Program-made: the position numbers and the translations under genes | In this document: one piece after another, positions 58,049-64,000 of the stretch | Layout of the letters: each line of letters opens with the position of its first letter | How positions within the stretch are numbered: position 1 is the stretch's first letter | Assembly (NCBI GenBank): GCA_023410535.1 | Contig: JAEYPR010000021.1 | Location: forward strand, 42,368-106,367 | From: Bacillota bacterium | Lineage (GTDB): Bacteria > Bacillota > UBA4882 > UBA8346 | Direction: 5' to 3' | DNA length: 64,000 nt | The notes under the pieces: generated by a model | Told to the model about the DNA's origin: nothing | The model's database searches: none | What the model saw: only the letters and a program-made list of their open reading frames with translations

Positions 58049-58360
58049 ATGAACTGGTTTTTACTTGCAGCTGGAACACAGGCTGCGGCAGCCCCGGCGC
58101 CTAACCCCATGGGGATGAATTTGATCTTAATCCTGTTTCTTGGCGTTTTTTGGGTGTTCATGATTATGCCCCAACGAAAACAACAGAAACAACGCGAACA
58201 GATGTTGAAAAACCTCAAAAAAGGCGATAAAGTCATTACCTCTGGTGGTATTCACGGTGAGGTCGTTGATTTTGACGGCGACGACGATATTAAGGTACGC
58301 GTCTCCGATAAAGTCGAGATGAAATTTACCCGGAGTTCCATTGCCAAAGTGAAGGGCTGA
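58049..58360 (+). CDS. yajC: Preprotein translocase subunit YajC
   Basis: Single TM, then PQRKQQKQREQML..LKKGDKVIT.GGI.G.V. Confidence 0.9.
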   Translation: MNWFLLAAGTQAAAAPAPNPMGMNLILILFLGVFWVFMIMPQRKQQKQREQMLKNLKKGDKVITSGGIHGEVVDFDGDDDIKVRVSDKVEMKFTRSSIAKVKG

Positions 58361-58388
58361 AGAGAGTGCAAACTCTCTTTTTTTTTTA
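58359..58388 (+). terminator. Intrinsic terminator after yajC
   Basis: AAGAGAGT-GCAA-ACTCTCTT followed by a T9 run. Confidence 0.85.
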
Positions 58389-58481
58389 TGTGTTCGGATG
58401 CGGCGCAGAAGGTCGTCACCGGAACCGAATGGCGGTGTTTTACGTTATATGATTGGAAATAAAATTTTAGGAGTAACACCC

Positions 58482-59144
58482 ATGACAGCATCATTAGCTA
58501 CAATTAAAAAAGACCCGGTGATCAGCGCCTTTATTCAGAAGGCCGATGAACATCTGGGAGTTTTGGGATATACCGAACACGGCTTTCGCCATGCCGGACT
58601 GGTATCCAATATCTCACAAAATATTTTGTTACGGTTAGGTTTTCCGGAACGCCAAGCGGAACTGGCCGCGATCGCCGGTTATCTGCATGATATTGGCAAT
58701 TTGATCAACCGCCACGATCACGGTCGTCTAGGCGCGGTGATGGCCTTACATTATCTCTTGGACAAGGGGTTTGATCCGGGGGAAGCCGCCACCATTGCCG
58801 GGGCGGTCGGTAATCATGAGGAGGAATGCGGGGAGGCGGTCAATAACGTCTCCGCCGCATTGATTTTGGCCGACAAATCCGATGTGCACCGGAGCCGGGT
58901 CCGCAACCGGGAGGTTGTCAAGTTTGACATTCACGACCGGGTGAACTATGCGGCGGTCCATTCGTTTTTAAATGTCAATGATGAGAAACGGACCATCACG
59001 TTAGAATTGAAGATCGAAAATGAGATCTGTCCGGTGATGGAATACTTCGAGATCTTCCTGTCACGGATGATGATGTGCCGCCGGGCCGCCACCTTCCTGG
59101 GGTGTCAGTTTAAGATCGAGATTAATGGTAATAGCCTTCTTTAA
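58482..59144 (+). CDS. HD-domain phosphohydrolase
   Basis: HGFRHA.....IAGYLHDIGN..NRHDH: HD signature. ATG at 58482 after TAGGAG. Confidence 0.75.
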   Translation: MTASLATIKKDPVISAFIQKADEHLGVLGYTEHGFRHAGLVSNISQNILLRLGFPERQAELAAIAGYLHDIGNLINRHDHGRLGAVMALHYLLDKGFDPGEAATIAGAVGNHEEECGEAVNNVSAALILADKSDVHRSRVRNREVVKFDIHDRVNYAAVHSFLNVNDEKRTITLELKIENEICPVMEYFEIFLSRMMMCRRAATFLGCQFKIEINGNSLL

Positions 59145-59249
59145 AATATTGAAATGCCAAAATTATTTTATTCCCGGTCGATTTGCAACACAATCGGATA
59201 TATTTGTCAAAACAGGGTAGAACTTTAGTTTCCAGGCAGCTCCGTTTCG

Positions 59250-59278
59250 TTGACAACTGTTTCCGAAACCGATATAAT
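59250..59278 (+). promoter_or_regulatory. Consensus sigma-A promoter
   Basis: TTGACA (59250..59255), 17-bp spacer, TATAAT (59273..59278): a perfect match to consensus. It lies ~115 nt upstream of the small ORF and the secDF block. Confidence 0.75.
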
Positions 59279-59391
59279 GAAATAGGTTTTTTTAGCGAAT
59301 TATTGGGCTCAGGTTTGCATATGGGCATTCTTAAGCAGTTCGTTATCAGGCCGTTGGGGAAAGAATGTAAATTTAGGGGGTAGTTGCGACG

Positions 59392-59547
59392 ATGTTTAAA
59401 ATTATCGTTGTAGTAATTGTGGTATTAGTTATTGGTCTTTTTGCAATTGGAGCCTATAAAGCGGAAAAAGTTGTCGCGGAGAAAGCGCGTCTGGCGTTAG
59501 AAAGCAGCAAAGCGAAATCTGGAGATAAAAACGCTACCAAAAAGTAG
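59392..59547 (+). CDS. Small (51 aa) single-TM protein, function unknown
   Basis: Below the ORF-track cutoff. ATG 9 nt after AGGGGG. MFKIIVVVIVVLVIGLFAIGAYKAEKVVAEKARLALESSKAKSGDKNATKK: a TM helix plus a Lys-rich tail. Confidence 0.55.
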   Translation: MFKIIVVVIVVLVIGLFAIGAYKAEKVVAEKARLALESSKAKSGDKNATKK

Positions 59548-59576
59548 ATCGCGAGGGATGTGCTTTGGAGCGGCAA

Positions 59577-59972
59577 ATGAAACTCAGATGGACATTGATT
59601 GTTGTAATCATTCTTTGTTGCGGCATCATATATCCGTTTGATTTAGACAATGCAAACCTGGACAAGCGGTTCCCATTGGGAGATACAGCGGGTCATCTTG
59701 TCAATGGATTTCAAAATACTCAAAATCCGACAGGGGATACCGGAAGCTATATCTATCGGGCGAATCCGGTTCCGGGGATCAATTATGAACTCGTTTATCT
59801 AAAAAGGCTGCAGCCGTTTTGGGATAAGTTATTGGTTGTCAAACCCGTTAGCATAACAACTGGGTTTTTCTTTTCGTTATTGGTGATTCGATTGTTTTCG
59901 CTCTTTTATCAGACGTCCCGAACCAGTTCGGAAGGGGACGCCGCTGACAAGCGAATCTTGGGGTTTTGTTGA
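59577..59972 (+). CDS. Hypothetical membrane protein
   Basis: N-terminal TM (MKLRWTLIVVIILCCGIIYPF) and a second hydrophobic segment near the C-terminus. No motif recognised. Confidence 0.4.
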   Translation: MKLRWTLIVVIILCCGIIYPFDLDNANLDKRFPLGDTAGHLVNGFQNTQNPTGDTGSYIYRANPVPGINYELVYLKRLQPFWDKLLVVKPVSITTGFFFSLLVIRLFSLFYQTSRTSSEGDAADKRILGFC

Positions 59973-59994
59973 ACTATGAAAAGGAGGAGTCGAT

Positions 59995-61521
59995 TTGAGA
60001 CAGGATTTGCGTTGGAAAGTTGCAACAATTTTAATTATAACATTAGTTTTTGCCTTAGTGATCAGCCCAATGGCTAAGACCTTTTTTAAGGGTGAACCGA
60101 TTCGCTTGGGATTGGATCTTAAGGGCGGAATGGAACTTTTGTTAGCTCCCGATTACCGGTTAGGTTCGAATGCCGTCTTCCGGATCGGCGATGAGTTAAC
60201 CGCAAAACTCAAGCAAGCCAATATCGACGCCCAAGTCGCACCATTGGGTGTGCTGGACGGCGATCGTTATGACGGTTTGAAATTTACGTTTGCGAACGCC
60301 GGTGATGTGGAACGCGCGCTGAATAGCGGCGCTTTCCCCAGCAGATATCAGTTGAATCTCTTTGGCGAGGAGAAAAACCTCAATTTCGAAACCGCCATCC
60401 AAGGAAACGTGGTCGACCTGAAGATTCTGCAAGATCCGCGGGATTTCCCGGAGGATTCTTTGGAACGGTCGCAAGCGATTATCGATAACCGGATCAGCGA
60501 AGCCGCTTCCGGAATGGCCGAAGCCGATGTGCGGCTCGACGGTAAAGGTCGTGTCAACGTCCAGCTGCCCGGAATCAGTTCCTTGCAACAGGCGAAAGAA
60601 TTGATCACCGCCACCGGCCGGTTAACCTTCCGTATTGATAATAAAATTGTGTTGGACGGAACCGATTTGCGGGATATCAAGGTTGGTTTCGATGCGCAAG
60701 GTGGAAAAGGCTATGTAATTAACTTCACGTTCAAGGGCCAGGGCGCCAAACAGTTGGAAGCCGTCACTTCAGCGAATGTCGGCAAAAAGATGGCCGTCTA
60801 CCTTGACGAAAGCATGTTGATGGAACCGGTAATCCAAACGGCGTTGCCGGATGGTTCGGGTCAGATTACCTTTGGTAACGCGACCAGTAAGGAAGAGATC
60901 GAAAAGTACGCGTTGTTGATGAAGTCCGGTGCCCTTCCGTTGTCGTTGAAAATTGTGCAATCGACTCAGGTGGCCCCGACCCTCGGTAAAGAAATTGTGC
61001 AACAGAGTTTGGTCGCCGGTGTCATCGGTTTTGCGATGGTCATCGTATTTATGATCGTGTTTTACAGCCTGCCGGGCTTACTGGCTGATGTGGCATTGAT
61101 TATTTATGGAATTTTATTGCTGGGGGTCATGGCGATCTTCCGCGGCGTTTTGACCTTGCCGGGCATCGCCGGCTTTATCCTGACGCTCGGTATGGCGGTT
61201 GACGCCAATATCATCATCTTTGAGCGGATTAAAGACGAGATTCGTAATGGCAAGCGGGTACGCGCCGCGATTCAAGGCGGGTTTAATCGCGCTTTCTCCG
61301 CGGTGTTCGATTCAAACCTTACCACGATTCTTTCTGCGATCGTATTGTGGATTTTTGGTAGCGGTTCGATTAAGGGATTCGCCTTAACATTAGGCCTTGG
61401 TGTTTTGATCAGTATGTTTACGGCGATCTTTGTAACAAGGGTTTTCCTCGAATGGCGCACCGACCATGATCCGGACCGTTATGCCAAATTCTTCGGGGCC
61501 AAGGAGGTAAAAGAATCATGA
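59995..61521 (+). CDS. secD: Protein translocase subunit SecD
   Basis: LGLDLKGG, periplasmic domain, C-terminal 5-TM block with GMAVDANIIIFERIKDE. TTG start after AAAGGAGGAG. Confidence 0.93.
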   Translation: MRQDLRWKVATILIITLVFALVISPMAKTFFKGEPIRLGLDLKGGMELLLAPDYRLGSNAVFRIGDELTAKLKQANIDAQVAPLGVLDGDRYDGLKFTFANAGDVERALNSGAFPSRYQLNLFGEEKNLNFETAIQGNVVDLKILQDPRDFPEDSLERSQAIIDNRISEAASGMAEADVRLDGKGRVNVQLPGISSLQQAKELITATGRLTFRIDNKIVLDGTDLRDIKVGFDAQGGKGYVINFTFKGQGAKQLEAVTSANVGKKMAVYLDESMLMEPVIQTALPDGSGQITFGNATSKEEIEKYALLMKSGALPLSLKIVQSTQVAPTLGKEIVQQSLVAGVIGFAMVIVFMIVFYSLPGLLADVALIIYGILLLGVMAIFRGVLTLPGIAGFILTLGMAVDANIIIFERIKDEIRNGKRVRAAIQGGFNRAFSAVFDSNLTTILSAIVLWIFGSGSIKGFALTLGLGVLISMFTAIFVTRVFLEWRTDHDPDRYAKFFGAKEVKES

Positions 61522-62474
61522 ATTTATTGAAGTACCGTTGGTATTTTGTGGGAGTTTTCTTGGTGACGATGTTGCTGAGTGTCGTGTTTTTGTTTGTCAA
61601 TCCCTATAACGGTTGGGGAACCAAGCCGGGATCGTCCTTAAACCTGGGAATTGACTTTACCGGCGGAACCAAGATTTATTTTCCGCTTTCCCGGGCCGTC
61701 TCTTCCAGTGAAGTGGTGGCAGTGCTGGAAAAGATCAAATTACCCAATTTCAAATATAACCCGCCGCAACCTAATGAGTTTTTTGATACGCGCGGCGTGC
61801 GGCAACACCAAGTCATCGTCTATACGCGCTTTTTAAATGACTCCGAGCAGGAAGTCGTGGTGAAAGCGTTGGAAGCTGAGTTTGGGAAACCCGCTTCAAA
61901 TCAAGGGTTGGATATTACCCGGGTTGATCCGTTAATCGGAAAAGAATTGATTGACAACGCCTTATGGGCGGTAACTCTTGCTACGTTGCTGATGATGGGG
62001 TATATCTGGTTCCGTTTTGAATTGGCATCAGGCATCGCGGCCATCGTCGCTTTACTGCATGACACGTTATTTATGTTAGGTGTGTTCGCTTTCTTCGGAC
62101 AGGAAGTCAACTCGACGATGATTGCGGCAGTGTTGACCATTCTCGGGTATTCGATCAATGACACGATTGTGGTGTTTGACCGGATTCGTGAGAATATGAA
62201 ATTTAAACACCGGGATACCCCCTTTGTGGAATTGGCCAACGACAGTATTTTACAAACCCTCCGCCGTTCCTTAAATACCGGGTTAACCACCATCTTGGCT
62301 GTTTGTGTGCTATATTTGATGGTTCCCAGTATTCAGGAGTTCTGTTTCGCCTTGTTGGTGGGTTTGGTGTCCGGAACCTACTCCTCCATCTTCGTGGCCA
62401 GCCCGATTTGGGCGGTCTACAAAGACTGGCAGGAACGGAAAAAGACCAATCGGGTCGCAACATCCACCCGTTAA
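61518..62474 (+). CDS. secF: Protein translocase subunit SecF
   Basis: LGIDFTGGT, LLHD....LG.FA, GYSINDTIVVFDRIREN. Confidence 0.93.
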   Translation: MNLLKYRWYFVGVFLVTMLLSVVFLFVNPYNGWGTKPGSSLNLGIDFTGGTKIYFPLSRAVSSSEVVAVLEKIKLPNFKYNPPQPNEFFDTRGVRQHQVIVYTRFLNDSEQEVVVKALEAEFGKPASNQGLDITRVDPLIGKELIDNALWAVTLATLLMMGYIWFRFELASGIAAIVALLHDTLFMLGVFAFFGQEVNSTMIAAVLTILGYSINDTIVVFDRIRENMKFKHRDTPFVELANDSILQTLRRSLNTGLTTILAVCVLYLMVPSIQEFCFALLVGLVSGTYSSIFVASPIWAVYKDWQERKKTNRVATSTR

Positions 62475-62483
62475 GCAACCCCA

Positions 62484-62516
62484 AAAACCCCTTCCGAGTG
62501 AAGGGGTTTTTTCTTT
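62484..62516 (+). terminator. Intrinsic terminator after secF
   Basis: AAAACCCCTTC-CGAGT-GAAGGGGTTTTTT. Confidence 0.85.
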
Positions 62517-62655
62517 GCTGCAATCCCATTGCGGAACCATCCGAAAAGAAGGTCTTTGAACCTTCTCTCCAAGCATATGTTTCATATGAAATGGAATATA
62601 TATCGCATCGAGAGACGTTTATAAACCTGCGGCGGATGATACGGGAGGAGCACGG

Positions 62656-63096
62656 ATGGAATATCTTAACCTGCAAATGAGTTCCTTGCTGATCTTATTG
62701 GGAACAGGCTGGTTCCTGGGAGCTTTCTTCGATCTGTACCGGGTGTTGCGTTGCCGGACCCGGCGTAACTTTTTCACCGATCTCCTGGGGGATCTGGTCT
62801 TTTGGTTACTGGCGTTGTGCGGCGCCGGACTCTTGATTTATTGGGGCACTTGGCTTGAGTTACGGCTTTATGTCTGGCTGATTATTGCCGTAGGGTTGGT
62901 TTTGTATTTCAGTTTCTTCAGTCCGGTTTTGATTCCGCTATTTTTACGTTTTTGGCAGATGGTCGGCTGGTTGCCGCGGCAAGTGGCCAACGGAGTTTGG
63001 CATGCCCGGATAATAGCCCGCAAAGCCGGTTGGCTGCTGGCTAAGAAAACTAGCTTACCCAAACAGGGGGAAACAAAGGGGAAAAAATCATCATAA
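62656..63096 (+). CDS. yabQ: YabQ-like spore cortex biosynthesis membrane protein
   Basis: GTGWFLGAFFDLYRVLR......F.DLLGDLVFWLL........Y.....ELRLYV resembles the YabQ family pattern as I recall it. Confidence 0.55.
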   Translation: MEYLNLQMSSLLILLGTGWFLGAFFDLYRVLRCRTRRNFFTDLLGDLVFWLLALCGAGLLIYWGTWLELRLYVWLIIAVGLVLYFSFFSPVLIPLFLRFWQMVGWLPRQVANGVWHARIIARKAGWLLAKKTSLPKQGETKGKKSS

Positions 63097-63142
63097 ATTT
63101 TTGACTGAATTGAAAAAAAATTGCGAAAAATTAATTTTCCAG

Positions 63143-63169
63143 TAATTTAAATCAGGTTACAGCCGATAA
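63143..63169 (+). promoter_or_regulatory. Candidate sigma-D/sigma-28-type promoter
   Basis: Perfect -10 GCCGATAA (63162..63169), with TAAT (63143..63146) 15 bp upstream where TAAA is expected. It precedes a MotB-like gene. Confidence 0.4.
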
Positions 63170-63234
63170 TTTGGAAGAGGAGATTATAGTTACTTGTCAG
63201 TATCGATTATTCATTGAGGAATTTTGATTGCGCC

Positions 63235-64000
63235 ATGGCGAATTTACCAAAGGCAAAACCAACCCTTGAAACCCAACTAATTACGGTGAAAGGGCGAAAA
63301 AAGCAAAAACCAAAATCTGTCCAGGAAATGCCGGAAGAAAAAAGTCCCGGTATCGAACGTTGGCTTTTGACTTACTCCGATCTGATTACTTTGATGATGG
63401 CCTTTTTTACCTTATTATACGCTACAGCGAGCATCGATGCCCAACGCTTTAAATCGTTATCCCAATCATTGGCGGTCGCTTTTCGACAGGGGGGTGGCGA
63501 TTATAGTCCGCTTACTTCCTATAGCGGCAAAAAGGATTCGCCGGAAAACGGGACAGGAGTGAATGCCGGAGCCACTGCTCGCCCATGGGCGCGTTTGGTG
63601 GAACGGTTGAACCAATATATCAACGAACACGGTCTAGCGAAACTGACTCACATCTCATTCGAACAACGCGGACTGGTGATCAGTCTTTCGGACTCGGCGC
63701 TTTTTCAATCGGGCAGCGCCGAACTTAGTGATCAGACCAGGCAGATTTTGGATGGAATGGGGACAATCCTTTTTGCTTCCGGTAAATCGATCCGGGTGGA
63801 AGGGTATACTGACGACGTGCCGATTCATAACAGCCGTTATCAATCCAATTGGCAACTCTCCACCGACCGGGCGACCAGCGTGATCATGTATTGGATTGCC
63901 AAAAATCCCGGTTTGGAATCCCGCTTTACGGCAATCGGCTATAGTCAATATCATCCGGTCGCCAATAATCTCAGTGATGCGGGCCGGGCCCAAAACCGGC
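63235..64000 (+). CDS. motB: MotB/OmpA-family stator-like protein (3' end beyond the window)
   Basis: Not in the ORF track (open to the edge). ERWLLTYSDLITLMMAFF (TM with conserved Asp), then an OmpA-like domain: IRVEGYTDDVPI......SNWQLSTDRATSV. Confidence 0.8.
   Translation, partial: MANLPKAKPTLETQLITVKGRKKQKPKSVQEMPEEKSPGIERWLLTYSDLITLMMAFFTLLYATASIDAQRFKSLSQSLAVAFRQGGGDYSPLTSYSGKKDSPENGTGVNAGATARPWARLVERLNQYINEHGLAKLTHISFEQRGLVISLSDSALFQSGSAELSDQTRQILDGMGTILFASGKSIRVEGYTDDVPIHNSRYQSNWQLSTDRATSVIMYWIAKNPGLESRFTAIGYSQYHPVANNLSDAGRAQNR

Overview
This 64-kb window looks like core chromosome from an endospore-forming Firmicute (Clostridia-like). About 60 genes are present, almost all on the + strand, so the window probably lies within one replichore arm. 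All calls come from reading the supplied translations and the DNA by eye; no searches were run.

Gene content is mainly housekeeping, and several blocks match Bacillus gene order:
- yqfC-yqfD-phoH-pgpH-ybeY-dgkA-cdd-era
- queA-tgt-yajC ... secD-secF
- rsmA ... veg
- rplM-rpsI
- tsaE-tsaB-rimI, with tsaD unlinked
- a T-box-controlled Nudix-thrS pair, plus murB, dnaB and phoU
- two ABC importers: an iron/thiamine-type system and a LivJHMGF-type branched-chain amino-acid system

Sporulation markers (splB, yqfC, yqfD, a SpoIID-domain protein, a yabQ-like gene) sit next to two signal-peptide, porin-like beta-barrel genes. This hints at a diderm spore-former.

Two edge-truncated genes are missing from the ORF track: an ABC exporter (1..1445, minus strand) and a MotB/OmpA-like gene (63235..64000, plus strand). 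A 51-aa membrane ORF (59392..59547) is also missing.

I did not find a convincing multi-gene novel system such as a defence island; the only classical accessory module is mazEF. The least-explained signals are:
- a cluster of seven same-orientation DnaA boxes just downstream of tsaD and upstream of a lone SWIM zinc-finger gene
- a near-perfect array of 12 copies of a 21-bp tandem repeat between convergent genes
- a GC-rich, hairpin-dense 200-bp intergenic element between splB and murB
- a receiver-GGDEF protein with both catalytic signatures altered
- a decaying sensor-kinase/PHP-phosphoesterase locus
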